From Eledone cirrhosa (Eukaryota): a DNA stretch of 64,000 nucleotides. Shown piece after piece: positions 1-12,338 of this stretch. Both the position numbers and the translations under genes were made by a program. Location: the NCBI GenBank assembly GCA_964016885.1, contig OZ024761.1, positions 19,716,001 through 19,780,000 on the forward strand. Direction: 5' to 3'. The first letter of the stretch is position 1, and the number at the start of each line of letters is the position of its first letter. The notes beneath the pieces are model-generated. The model did not search any database, had not been told where the DNA came from, and saw only the letters and a program-made list of their open reading frames with translations.

Positions 1-100
1 GGTGGTGGGCCACACATGAGGACCAGGACATCATCTGCTGGGGGTGGAAGATGCTCCTTAATCATAGTGTCATTGATAAACCCTGAACTGAAATCCCAGC
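1..100 (-). CDS. CYB5R3: NADH-cytochrome b5 reductase (CYB5R3-like), last visible coding exon, runs off the window start
   Basis: Acceptor TTGTAG with AG at 102-101. Translates (G)[32 protein letters not shown], reaching the CGPPP NADH-domain motif. Phase matches the 822-921 exon. Confidence 0.93.
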
Positions 101-149
101 CTACAATATAAGAAATATTAGACAATAAGATAATGGAGAAAAATAACAT

Positions 150-783
150 TACATAGACACACAGACACACCCAGGTAAACATACACACACATAGAAGCAA
201 GCACAGACACACATACATACAGAGACAGACATATACACACATACAGAGAACAGGCAGGTACCCACACGTATAGACATACACATACATACAGAGACAGACA
301 TATACACACATACAGAGAACAGGCAGGTACACACACGTACAGACATACACATACATACAGAGAGACATACACATACATACAGAGACAGACATACACATAC
401 ATACAGACATACACATACATACAGAGACAGACATACACATACATACAGAGACAGACATACACATACATACAGAGACAGACATACACATACATACAGAGAC
501 AGACATACACATACATACAGAGACAGACATACACATACATACAGAGACAGACATACACATACATACAGAGACATACACATACATAGAGACAGACATACAC
601 ATACATACAGAGACAGACATATACACACATACAGAGACAGACATATACACACATACAGAGAACAGGCAGGTACACACACGTACAGACATACACATACATA
701 CAGAGACAGACATATATACACCCAGGTACAGACATATACACATATAGAGGCAGACAGGTAGTCACACATACACACACACACAC
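150..783. repeat. CA/GA-rich minisatellite, unit about 24 bp
   Basis: ACAGAGACAGACATACACATACAT tandem copies. Confidence 0.9.
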
Positions 784-821
784 ATCCAAAATTGACCCCT
801 AAGATGACCACCACTACCTAC

Positions 822-921
822 CTTCTTCTGGCTTGTCAACGGTGTACCATAGCTTGAACAGGTCAGGATGGTCCTCAGATATCTTCTCCAACTCTGGACG
901 AATGAGAATATCTTTCTCAGT
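822..921 (-). CDS. CYB5R3: CYB5R3-like exon (100 nt)
   Basis: Acceptor TTTTTCAG, donor GTAGGT. Translates TEKDILIRPELEKISEDHPDLFKLWYTVDKPEE(G). Confidence 0.94.
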
Positions 922-959
922 CTGAAAAATATACAATATATGTTTATATGTGTATATAT

Positions 960-1337
960 GGAGGCTCATAGCTTGGTTAGAGCATTGGCCTTGCAATCGA
1001 AAGGTTGTGAGTTCAATTCTCAGACCGGGTGATGTGTTGTGTCCTTGAGCAAGACACTTCATTTCACATTGCTCCAGTTTACTCAGCTGTAGAAATGAGA
1101 TGATAGAGACTGGGGTCCCTATCATTCCACTGCAAAGTGGTCGTGGAGGTGCCACGGCAAAAAAGCACCCAGCCCACACTGTAAAGTGGACGTGTAGGCG
1201 CCATGGAAAAAGAGCACCCAGCACTCACTGTAAATGAGGTTGGTGTTAGGAAGGGCATCCAGCTGTAGAAATAAAGCCAGAATCAGTTCTCGTCCCACCT
1301 TTGCAAGCAGGGAAAAGCGGACGTAAAATGATGATGA
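960..1337 (+). mobile_element. tRNA-derived SINE with CORE-like middle and RTE-derived 3' part
   Basis: A box TAGCTTGGTTAG, B box GTTCAATTC, CORE-like TGTGTCCTTGAGCAAGACACTT, RTE UTR block and (GAT)n tail. Confidence 0.85.
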
Positions 1338-1523
1338 TATATATATATACACTGTAAATGTGGTTGGTGTTAGGAAGGGCATCCAACTGTAGAAAACCTG
1401 CCAGACAGTCCTATGCGAGCAAGACAATCACTCTTGCCTCAAGTGGGAAAACCCCCGTCCAAACCCATGCAAGCGTGGAACACGGACGTTAAACGTTGAT
1501 GATGATGATGATGATGATATATG

Positions 1524-1810
1524 TCAGGTTGCTCTTCAGCACTACTGGTAACATGTAACCCAGTGCAACCTGTGTGTGGTCGGGTTGTCGGCGACTAAAC
1601 CAGCAACCCCACCAAGCTTGCTTGGTGAGGAGAGTGAATTTGGACATCCTGCAGGATGTAAAACAAAACCCGCCAAAGGGTGGAAGAACTCAGGAAAGTC
1701 AACGGCCATCCAATAAAGTATTTTTTTTGTGGAGCGAGAGACTCCTAATCTTCATTAAGACATCTCTCTAGGAGAAGGTCACTCTGATATAAAACCTGCG
1801 ACTTCGTTTG
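1524..1810 (+). mobile_element. Possible RTE-type 5' UTR fragment
   Basis: CTCTAGGAGAAGGTCACTCTGATATAAAACC resembles a motif I recall from RTE 5' UTRs. Not checked against a library. Confidence 0.35.
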
Positions 1811-2395
1811 CATCCAATGATGTAGACCAGTTCCTTTTTGGGCAAATGCATTCGATATTCAAAGATTGGGATTGGCTCTGTGCAAAGCCTTTCCTCACTT
1901 AAAAAAGCTTCCTCACTTAAAAAAGCTTTGAGCACAGGCATAGCTTGATATGTGACATTTTTTGTGATGCATGTTATTGCTGGCCATAGGCAAGGAGGAG
2001 TAAAAAGCCACATCTGCGATGCTCATGCTTAAATATCAAATGATGGCATTACTCGAAATCAAGTTACAGCTATAACACATATACACACTCGCATACATAC
2101 AATATTATAATTATGAAACAAAGCTTATTGAATAGAATGGACACAGCTTTGGTCGTTTTCTTACTCACTCAATAATGTAAGTCTGTATTAAAATTCAAAC
2201 CCAACCGATTACAGTGTACACTTATACATTAATTAGTGATGAAAACGACTGTGTGGGTAGGAAATGTGAGTTACCCAGACTGATGCACCAGTTTCTATGA
2301 TTCCAATCTACTGGCGGTTGTCCATAAGGAACCACCATGTGCAGAAATTAGGTAACATTAGTATATATTACGTATATTTTTATATATATATATAA

Positions 2396-3085
2396 GAGGG
2401 ATCAGATGTTGTTTACTCGAGAGAGAAGACTACGTTGGTATGGTCACGTGATGCGCATGAAAAACGACAGCTGTATAAAAAAGTGCAGGGCAATAAAAAT
2501 AGACGGTAGCCACGGAGTAGGCAGACCCAGAAAAACCTGGGACGACTTGATAAATTCCGACCTCACACACTTACACCTCTCCAAGACAATGTCACTGGAC
2601 CGAGATCTTTGGCGCTACACAGTAATACAGAAGACCTGCCTTACCTAAGTACAAAGTGAAACCTACTACAGTCAGTCAATGAATACTCTGTCATTCATTA
2701 TCCCCTACTTGGGATAAACTACTGATGTGAAGTGCTTTGGGTTGCTAGGACCTGCTTATCTTCAGGAAGTTATAACTAAGATAAACAACACTCTTATAAC
2801 ATCCAGTCCAAATAAATAAGATAATGAAATCGAGATCGTGTAGGTGTCACGACAAAAAAACACACAGTCCACGCTGTAATGTGGCCGTGTAGGTAACACG
2901 GTAAACAGTTCCCAGTTCCACACTGTAAATGTGGTTGGTGTTAGGAAGGGCATCCAGCCGTAGAAAACCTGCCAGATACAGTCCTATACGAGCAAGACAC
3001 AGTCACCCGATCACTCTTGCCTCAAGTGGGACAATTCCCGTGTAACCCATGCTAGTGTGGAAGATAGATGTTAAACGATGATGAT
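2396..3085 (+). mobile_element. 5'-truncated RTE LINE: ORF C-terminus, 3' UTR and GAT tail
   Basis: ORF 2406-2648 reads [14 protein letters not shown]...GRPRKTW. The downstream UTR carries the GGTTGGTGTTAGGAAGGGCATCC block and ends in CGATGATGA. Confidence 0.85.
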
Positions 3086-3575
3086 ATATATATCAACATC
3101 GTCGTCGTTTTTATGTCCATTTTTCCATGCTTGTACGAATTGGACAGGTCTTACGCCACCTAGGTTTCCCATCTAAGTACTAACTAGGATATATATATAT
3201 AGTATTACTGGTGGTGATTCTAGAATTTCCAAATATACACATACGTTGGTAACTAAAAAAACATTGAGTCTTGCACAAACGCATTTCATTCTTACTTAGC
3301 TAGCTGTGAAGGGAGAAAACTGTGTAAGGAAAAATGATTTTCTTTGGCAACGTCCTCGCCAAAGATGATTCCTCTATTTTACTATTCCATTGATTTCTGT
3401 ATTGATTTTAGTAATTCATTGATTTTAAAAACAATGAGCACTCCCTTACAATAATACTTTTTACCAACATTTAGGGATTTATAGGCCATCATACACATTA
3501 CATACGTGTGAAAATGTAACCATGGTTTCAAAAACAAAAGAAACATTTGAGTTTTTTGCATAAGTTTAATATACA

Positions 3576-3634
<59 letters not shown>

Positions 3635-4305
3635 ACATATATGTATGTATATATGTATATATATGTATATATATATATACACATACATATATATAACCAA
3701 ATTAAAAGATATGAGAGAGAAAGAGCCCATATATCGTAAAAGAAACAAAGTATATTGTATATATACCAAATACATATTCCACAGGTGGAATCGTAAGTGA
3801 AACCATATAGTGCTATTTCATACCTGGAAAGTGTGGCTAAAAATCAATCTATGTAATCAATTATAGACCATTAGTCACCAGAGTACTCGATACTTGGGGT
3901 AGTAGAGTATGGTAATATGAATAAGTCAGTACCTGACGGCTGAGCTCTTGCTGTTTGGAACCAACTGTTGAAACGGCAAGAGCCAGCCATCGGGGTCCTG
4001 ATTCATTCACACACACACATATGGTTTGGATAACCAAAGATGTGGGTTTGACTCCCATGTACGTCAATACTCATCCTTTTCCATATTTAGAGGGTTTTAA
4101 ACCCCACTATCAGATAAAATTTCTTTAGCTAAAAATACATTTCTAATGTGTATGTGTGTGTATATATATATATATATATAACATTAAGACCCTCTTCCTG
4201 CTATATCATGCGTTAACCTAATATATTCCTTCCATATACTGTACCAATTGTGTTATTTCTGTTTACCTTTTACATACATACACACACACATTATATATAT
4301 ACAAA

Positions 4306-4493
4306 GGGCGGTGGATTGGCAGTATCAGTGGAGGGTCGGATGTCATGCTTTCCAGCATAGTTACGTCCCTTTACGATCTGAGTTCAAATCCCGCCGAGGT
4401 TGACTTTGCCTTTCATCCTTACGGGGTCGATAAAATAAAGTACCAGTAATACACTGGGTAATTGCTGGCCTTGTGCCTAAAGTAGAAACAATT
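4306..4493 (+). mobile_element. Second SINE family (Meta-domain-like middle)
   Basis: B box GAGTTCAAATCC, then GCCTTTCATCCTTACGGGGTCGATAAAATAAAGTACCAG. Many copies or fragments near 20815-21090, 26445-26600, 31905-31990, 32410-32565, 33510-33640, 36675-36775 and 47015-47555. Domain name assigned from memory. Confidence 0.75.
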
Positions 4494-4647
4494 ATATATA
4501 TATACATATCTATATAGCATCAGTAAATTGAAATATTTGTTCACTAGGTCTGACCTGACAATCATCCCCTTTCCTTTGTGATCATGTAAAGGTCTCGAGT
4601 TTGTCTGGAAACGAGTAGGTAAAATCTCCACTAGATTATATAATTAC

Positions 4648-4733
4648 CTGGTTGGCAAATAAGAGATGCATCTCGACACTGGGACGGGAGTCTTTCAGTA
4701 TTTGGCTGATTATCTGGTACATTGGGGTGATAC
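4648..4733 (-). CDS. CYB5R3: CYB5R3-like exon (86 nt); not translated in this frame by the ORF track
   Basis: Acceptor CCACCAG after a (CT)n tract, donor GTAATT. Translates (G)ITPMYQIISQILKDSRPSVEMHLLFANQ, completing GGTGITP and FANQ-TEKD. Confidence 0.93.
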
Positions 4734-4755
4734 CTGGTGGAGAGAGAGAGATATA

Positions 4756-4812
<57 letters not shown>

Positions 4813-5097
4813 ATGGAGAGAGATGGATATAGATAGTGATAAGGGAGGGAGGTGTATAGAGAGTGATGGGGTGATAGAGGGATAGATAGATAGATAGAGG
4901 GTGATGAGGAGATAGATAGAGGGTGATGAGGAGAGGCTGATAGATAGATGGAAAGACAAAGTGATTAGAAAAACAAAGAGAGAGAAAGATAGACATAACG
5001 AGAACAAATTAACATTGGTGTGTGTGTATATGTACCTGAGAGGTCTATATGAAATACCCGTGTGTGTGTGTGTTAGAGTTCTATATGAAATACAAGA

Positions 5098-5860
5098 GTG
5101 TATGTGGTGTGTGTGTGGGGTATCTCTGTGTATGTGGTGTGTGTGGGGTATCTCTCTGTGTATGTGGTATCTCTCTGTGCATGTGGTATCTCTCTGTGTA
5201 TGTGGTGTGTGTGTGGGGTATCTCTCTGTGTATGTGGTGTGTGTGGTGTATGTGTATGGGGTGTGTGTGTGGGGTATCTCTCTGTGTATGTGGTGTGTGT
5301 GGGGTATCTCTCTGTGCATGTGGTATCTCTCTGTGTATGTGGTGTGTGTGTGGGGTATCTCTCTGTGTATGTGGTGTGTGTGGTGTATGTGTATGGGGTG
5401 TGTGTGTGGGGTATCTCTCTGTGTATGTGGTGTGTGTGTGGGGTATCTCTCTGTGTATGTGGTGTGTGTGGTGTATGTGTATGTGGTGTATGTGTGGGGT
5501 ATCTCTCTGTGTATGTGGTGTCTGTGTATGTGGTGTGTGTGGGGTATCTCTCTGTGTATGTGGTATCTCTCTGTGTATGTGGTGTGTGTGTGGGGTATCT
5601 CTCTGTGTATGTGGTGTGTGTGTGGGGTATCTCTCTGTGTATGTGGTGTCTGTGTGTGTGGTGTATGTGTATGTGGTGTATGTGTGGGGTATCTCTCTGT
5701 GTATGTGGTGTATGTGTATGTGGTGTATGTGTGGGGTATCTCTCTGTGTATGTGGTGTGTGTGTGGGGTATCTCTCTGTGTATGTGGTGTCTGTGTGTGT
5801 GGTGTCTGTGTATGTGGTGTATGTGTGGGGTATCTCTCTGTGTATGTGGTGTCTGTGTCA
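5098..5860. repeat. GT-rich minisatellite
   Basis: Variants of GTGTGGGGTATCTCTCTGTGTATGTGGT. Confidence 0.9.
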
Positions 5861-5873
5861 ATGTGTGTTTTAC

Positions 5874-5957
5874 CTGTTCCTCCTGCAATCATTCCAATTT
5901 TATTCACAACAACTGGTTCAGGATCAGATTTCTTGTCACGTCTGATGAGGAATTCAC
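5874..5957 (-). CDS. CYB5R3: CYB5R3-like exon (84 nt)
   Basis: Acceptor TTTCCAG, donor GTAAAA. Translates (G)EFLIRRDKKSDPEPVVVNKIGMIAGGT(G), the NADH-binding glycine loop. Confidence 0.94.
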
Positions 5958-5984
5958 CTGGAAATATATATACATTATTAATAA

Positions 5985-7300
5985 TAATTGTTTCTACTTT
6001 TGGCACAAGGCCAGCAATTACCCAGTACATTACTGGTACTTTATTTTATCGACCCCGTAAGCATGAAAGACAAAGTTAACCTTGGCGGGATTTGAACTCA
6101 GATCGTAAAGGGACGTAACTACGCTGGAAAGCATGTCTGACCCTCTGCCAATACACCGCCCTACATTATTAATAATAACAATAAAGAGAGGAGTACAGGA
6201 CTGAGTCCTAAATATATTTTTTTATCCCGTTAGTAAAATAAGTTGGATTACTTTGAATAAATAATGGTTTCTTATATAGGCACAAGGCCAGCAATTTTGA
6301 GGGAAAGGAAAGTCGATTAAATCGACTCCAGTGCGTGACTGGTACTTTATTTTATCGACCCCCATAAGGATGAAAGGCAAAGTCAACCTCGGCGGGATTT
6401 GAACTCAGATCATAAAGGGGCCGTAACTCTATTACATAATTTATGTACTAAATTTTGTAGCTGTTGATTAAACATAAATATTCTTATATATAATGATTGC
6501 TTATTTAAAGATTCACCTCTTCTAAAATTTTCAAATGTCAACACTTCCGGTTAGCATCTGTTATATTATAACATTGCTTATATAATAAAAGTTCATATTT
6601 CTGTTGCTAATTTTCTCCTTTTCCGGTTTCATTACATTTCACCATAATGCAGTTTAAATATAATATCGTCTTTTTTTAAATGTATCCTGGATTACTTCAC
6701 TGATTACAGAAGACAGTGTAACACAGTCTCTCTTCAATTTCTGTGTATATTCTCAATTACGATTTTATTTGACGTATCATATCTACATGCATGTATATTG
6801 CATATAATATCAATATGCACACTACACATGCTAGCAGAAAAACCACCTGAAGGGTAGTTTTTCTGCTAGTAATAATTGTTTCTACTTTTGGCACAAGGCC
6901 AGCAATTACCCCAGTGCATTACTGGTACTTTATTTTATCGACCCCGTAAGGATGAAAGGCAAAGTTAACCTTGGCGGGATTTGAACTCAGACTGTAAAGG
7001 GACGTAACTATGCTGGAAAGCATGGCGTCCGACCTTCTGCTAGTAATAATTGTTTCTACTTTTTGGCACAAGGCCAGCAATTACCCAGTACATTACTGGT
7101 ACTTTATTTTATCGACCTCGTAAGGATGAAATCCCCTGCTAGTAATAATAATGGTTTCTTATATAGGCACAAGGCCAGCATTTGGGGGGGAGGGGAAAGT
7201 CGATTAAATTGACCCCAGTGGGTGACTGATAATTTATTTTATCGACCCCGTAAGGATGAACAATAATGATTTCTGATTTAGGCACAAGGCCAACAATTTT
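5985..7300 (-). mobile_element. Cluster of second-family SINE copies (5985-6162, 6262-6428, 6870-7040, 7045-7130, 7148-7260)
   Basis: Reverse-complement matches to 4306-4493. Confidence 0.8.
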
Positions 7301-7442
7301 TAGTGATGATGATGATGATGATGATGATGGTGATGATGGTGATGATGGTGATGATGGTGGTGGTGGTGGTGGTGATGGTGATGATGATGATGGTAATGGT
7401 GGTGGCGATGATAATGGTGATAAAGTAAATTCTTCAACTGAC

Positions 7443-7572
7443 CTTTTCCATTGTAAACCAAGAGACCAGATGGACCCTTGACCTCAATGTAATCTCCAAT
7501 GTCCAGACTTTCCACATGTTGACTCATTTTACCACCATTGGGGAACTTAGGGTGGACATTCTTCCTGTAGAC
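7443..7572 (-). CDS. CYB5R3: CYB5R3-like exon (130 nt)
   Basis: Acceptor CTGCAG, donor GTCAGT. Translates [43 protein letters not shown](G), containing the FAD-binding GKMS motif. Confidence 0.95.
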
Positions 7573-7624
7573 CTGCAGTCAAATGCAAACAGATAGATGT
7601 ATGGACATTGCAGCTAGGAAACTG

Positions 7625-7870
7625 TATGTACACAGGGATGCAGTGTACCTATTCTAAACCTGATATATACAGGCATACAATGTACCTATTGTAAACCAGA
7701 GACACACAGGGATACAGTGTACCTATTGTAAACCAGATACACAGGGATACAGTGTACCTATTGTAACCCAGATATACAGGGATACAGTGTACCTATTGTA
7801 ACCCAGATATACAGGGATACAGTGTACCTACTGTAAACCAGATACACATAATCGGATATACAGTGTACCT
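7625..7870. repeat. Minisatellite, unit about 35 bp
   Basis: ACAGGGATACAGTGTACCTATTGTAAACCAGAT copies. Confidence 0.85.
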
Positions 7871-7947
7871 TGAGATACAGCGTTCCTATTCAAGTAAAAT
7901 AATAGGGGGACCAAAGGTATATAAAATGGAAAGAAAGGCATGCCTAC

Positions 7948-8054
7948 CTTGATAACAAGGTCCATGAAACCTTTATCATCATCACTGCTCACAGGTGTGT
8001 AAGGTCTAACGACTAACTCACCATTGATACGGGCTGACAGGTAGATATGTTGGC
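7948..8054 (-). CDS. CYB5R3: CYB5R3-like exon (107 nt)
   Basis: Acceptor (CT)n-TAG, donor GTAGGC. Translates (G)[35 protein letters not shown], containing the RxY(T/S) flavin-binding motif. Confidence 0.95.
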
Positions 8055-8284
8055 CTAGAGAGAGAGAGAGATAGAGAAAGAAGTAGATATGGCTGAGAGA
8101 TGATAGAAATAAATGTGTTGACCTAAAGAGAGACAGAGAGTGTAATACCCTCAGCACCCCCACCCCCCCAACCCTATTTCCAGAGAGACCTGGCTACAAA
8201 CAAACTGTAAATAATATATCATAAATTAAATTGTTAATTTATATATAATATATACTATGTATAAAGAAATATATATTTTCCACA

Positions 8285-9040
8285 TACTCCCTCCACAGCA
8301 CTAATATCAAGAAGTCTTCTTCTGGGCATTACGGTCAGCAGCGATTTGTGTTGGACGAAGCACATCTCTAAAATTGTCAAGAGGGCCGAGGGTATCTTAG
8401 CATCACTCAGCAAGACCTTTGTCAGCCGCTCTCCAGCTATCTATTTAAGGCTGTACATGGCTATGGTGCAGCCACACTTAGAATTTGCATCACCAGTCTG
8501 GAACCCCTATCTTGCTCAGAATATTGACCGCCTGGAAACTGTTCAGAGACGTGCAACCAAGGGAATACCCTCCATCAGGCATCTACCATACTCTAAACGC
8601 CTTGCTTCCCTGGGCATGGATACATTTGAAGCTCCGACGCCTGGCAACTGACTTGGTAAACACCCACAAAATTGTTAACCATCTTGCCAACAACAACCCT
8701 GAGTACCTTTTTGATTTCCATGTGTCTAACACACATGGGCATGCCCACAAAGTCAGAAAACAGTACAGTTCCCATGACTTTCGGAAACATTTTTTCATGC
8801 TCAGAGTTGCTGAAGCATGGAACAAACTAGATGCATCAGTTGTTAGCCGTCGAGACACTGCATCCTTTAAAACCTCCATACTTCCCGAGATTCGCCAACA
8901 CTACACCTAATGTTCCCCCTCCATACACATATGTATATTATGACTCCTACATTATTCACTTCCCTGACATTTGTATATTATTCTATGTACTTAGTTGTAG
9001 TGCACCTGAGCACTTTACACAATAATTTCATTATTATTTT
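8285..9040 (+). mobile_element. CR1-group LINE 3' fragment (frameshifted); shorter copies at 13485-13650 (+), 25620-25960 (-) and 42570-42890 (+)
   Basis: LYMAMVQPHLEFASPVWNP, LETVQRRATK, LRRLATDL, THGH, HFF.LRVAEAWNKL, followed by an (ATT)n tail. Confidence 0.88.
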
Positions 9041-9122
9041 ATATTTATATATAATATGTATCATTTGATATTTAACGCTTTAACATTTTAACAGTAGCAC
9101 CCACTTTGAGAACCTCTCTGGT

Positions 9123-9199
<77 letters not shown>

Positions 9200-9239
9200 A
9201 TAAAAAATGAAATAAAAGAAAATAAATTTATTGACTTAC

Positions 9240-9312
9240 CTACAGGCAGCCCTAATATATGTTCAGGGGAGGGCAGGACAAACCTGAATCGAAAGGTGTC
9301 ATGGCTGAGCTC
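9240..9312 (-). CDS. CYB5R3: CYB5R3-like exon (73 nt)
   Basis: Acceptor CCCTGTAG, donor GTAAGT. Translates [24 protein letters not shown](G). Confidence 0.94.
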
Positions 9313-10004
9313 CTACAGGGGCCAGTAGTGGTAGCAGTGGTGGTGGTGAGAGGAGAGCAAATAGAGAAAAAGAAAAGATTAGAGACAAATTGGAGTGGTA
9401 TATAGTGGAGTGTTGTAGGGGTGTAGTAGGATGGTGTGGTGGAGGGGTGTAGTGGTATGTTGTAAGGGTGGTGTAGTGGAATGGAGTGATGGAGTGGTGT
9501 GGTGGAGATTGTAGTTGTAGTTTGGAACATAACTTAACAAGGATTCTGAGATAAAATTATGATGAGAGGTGTTTTTCTGATATAAAGGTTGAGGGCATCT
9601 GGCTGTAGAAACCCTGGCCAAATTTAGTTCCATCAGAGCAAGGTAAGACATGACCAACCCAGGCCAGACTTGTCTCTCGACGAGGTCAACCTGTCTGACC
9701 CATGCAAGCACGGAGAAATGGGCGTTAAATGGCAACGATGATGATGATGATTATATGTCAATCTTGGATACAATGTTACACATGAAGAATAATGTGACCT
9801 TTACACGTTTTGTAAAGCTTTTGACAATTTGACGGACAAAAAGGTCCGAACACAGAGGAGCCAAACCCTCACTGTCATTGCACCACTCTCTCGGCAGACA
9901 GAATGGAGAATCTTTATGAATCAACCAGACACTGCTGCAGTTTCAGGGCCTTTTAATATTTTACACACACCCCTTTTAGTTTCTGGGTTTATATTCTATA
10001 TGAA

Positions 10005-10358
10005 CTATCACCACCACCACCACCACCATCCCCACAATCACCACCACCACCACCATCAACAACAACACCATAATAATCACCCCCACCACCACCATCAACA
10101 ACAACACCATAATAATCACCCCCACCACCACCACAACCACCAACACCACCATTATCACCACCACCAACACCAACAACAGCAGTATCCTTGCCACCGCCAT
10201 CATCAACAACACCATCCCCCACTACCAACTCCAACAATACCATCCTCACCAACACCATCCTCACCACCACCACCAACAACACCATCCTCACCACCACCAA
10301 CAACACCACCACCATCCTCACCACCACCAACAACACCACCACCACCAACAACACCACC
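10005..10358. repeat. (CAC/CAA/CAT)n low-complexity tract
   Basis: Direct inspection. Confidence 0.9.
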
Positions 10359-10581
10359 AGGAGTCCATTGTTAGTTTATAAAAATTGACTTTTTAACATA
10401 ACAAAGACAGAGGTTGAAAAATGTTGAGAAGAAAAGAATTGTTTTATAGGGAGGTGATAAAAGCTTGTGTGGGTGGTGGCTACACTTGGTAAATACATTT
10501 TCATAGTCACCAATTAAGTCTTCATAGGCACTAAAGCTACTGATTTAGAAACCCCAATCGATACTAGTCTAGGCACTAAAG

Positions 10582-10864
10582 CAGTCATGGGCAACCTATG
10601 GCCTGTGAAGCTTTCTGAATGGCTCCCCTAAGTCACCTAAGTGAAATCTTTCTGATTTTTTTATCCCAACTTTTCAGTTGTAATTTATCTTTTTACGATC
10701 GAGGAAAACAACGTGTACGAATTCTGAAGAAACAAATTAAAACAACCCGAGTTACCGGCCTTTTTTTTTAATGTGGGCACGAATGTAAATTAGCGCTTCC
10801 GGCCCGCCTGATGATGAGCCATATCTCATGCGACCTGCTTCTCGAAAAAGGTTACCCATGCCTG
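10582..10864. mobile_element. hAT MITE in a CYB5R intron
   Basis: TIRs CAGTCATGGGCAACC / GGTTACCCATGCCTG. Perfect 8-bp TSD CACTAAAG. Confidence 0.88.
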
Positions 10865-11326
10865 CACTAAAGCTACTGATCTAGTAACCCAAATAAATAC
10901 TAGTTTAGTCAGTTACTACAGTAACTGATAGATAAGCCAAGCCACCAATATTCCACCACTCACTCAGTTCTGACTATTTCTTCTGTCTTCGATGAAGGAC
11001 TAATGTCTGAAACTTTAAGACCCTTTCCCTACTGTACCAAGCATTAAGATTATATATATATATATATATGTATCATCATACTGTATTGTTCCTTTGCATT
11101 GTATTTTCTCGTTAGTTTTTACATACATATATATATATAAAAGGGTTAAACCATAGGGGACAGTGCCTTTCAATAGAAATATGGTAAAGAAAAGGGTTTA
11201 TAAAGGAAGGACAATGCTAACAACTCTTTTCAGGGCTTCTGAAACTGGTGGAAGGCTGGGAAGGAGGGACCCTCAAATTTGTCTTATATCTTTTGGTGTC
11301 AATGAATTCAAGAACTATGAAAGAAG

Positions 11327-11993
11327 TGGATTGACAGGGTCGTTAGAGCGTGGTAGACCGACAGGGTTGTCAGAGTGTGGTAGATTGACAGGGTCGTCAG
11401 AGCGTGGTAGATTGACAGGGTTGTTAGAGCGTGGTAGACCGACAGGGTTGTCAGAGTGTGGTAGATTGATAAGTTCATTAGAGCATGGTAGATTGACAGG
11501 GTTGTTAGAGCATGCTGGATTGACAGGGTCGTTAGAGCGTGGTAGATTGACAGGGTTGTTAGAGCATGCTGGATTGACAGGGTCGTTAGAGCGTGGTAGA
11601 TTGACAGGGTTGTTAGAGCATGCTGGATTGACAGGGTCGTTAGAGCGTGGTAGATTGACAGGGTTGTTAGAGCATGCTGGATTGACAGGGTCGTTAGAGC
11701 GTGGTAGATTGACAGGGTTGTTAGAGCATGCTGGATTGACAGGGTCGTTAGAGCGTGGTAGATTGACAGGGTTGTTAGAGCATGCTGGATTGACAGGGTC
11801 GTTAGAGCGTGGTAGATTGACAGGGTCGTTAGAGTGTGGTAGATTGATAAGTTCATTAGAGCATGGTAGATTGACAGGGTTGTTAGAGCATGGATTGATA
11901 AGTTTGTTAGAGCGTGGTGGATTGATAAGTTCGTTAGAGCGTGGTGGATTGATAAGTTCGTTAGAACATGGTAGATTGACAGGGTCGTTAGAG
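11327..11993. repeat. 27-bp minisatellite with a 54-bp higher-order block
   Basis: GGTAGATTGACAGGGTTGTTAGAGCAT alternates with GCTGGATTGACAGGGTCGTTAGAGCGT. Confidence 0.92.
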
Positions 11994-12128
11994 TATCAGA
12001 TGCGATGTGACACCTGGTGGTATTAGTTCTGGCATGAAATTTTAGAAAAATAATTAATTTAAAAAAAAAAATAAAGATGTGGACAGTATGGAGGAAGGTG
12101 GTATGATAAGGTGTACGCGGCCACTTAC

Positions 12129-12269
12129 CTCTTTGTCAATCAGCTTCAGTTGGTATTTCTCGTCATTCTTTTTTAGAGTGACCTTTGGTTTCTTGGGTCC
12201 TGAGAAAAGGTGTTTGGCCAGGATTGCTGTTGAGATAACAACACCAAAACCTATCAGAATTGGTATAAC
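12129..12269 (-). CDS. CYB5R3: CYB5R3-like exon (141 nt) encoding the N-terminal membrane anchor
   Basis: Acceptor CTCTGCAG, donor GTAAGT, phase 0 at both ends. Translates VIPILIGFGVVISTAILAKHLFSGPKKPKVTLKKNDEKYQLKLIDKE: a hydrophobic anchor followed by the Y-x-L-x-LIDKE start of the FAD domain. Confidence 0.92.
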
Positions 12270-12299
12270 CTGCAGAGAGAGAATGAAAGGGCTTGTGTA

Positions 12300-12338
<39 letters not shown>

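Noticed and set aside
11163-12026. 287-aa GRLTGSLER repeat protein
   Set aside because: In-frame 27-bp minisatellite, antisense within a CYB5R intron, with no supporting gene structure.
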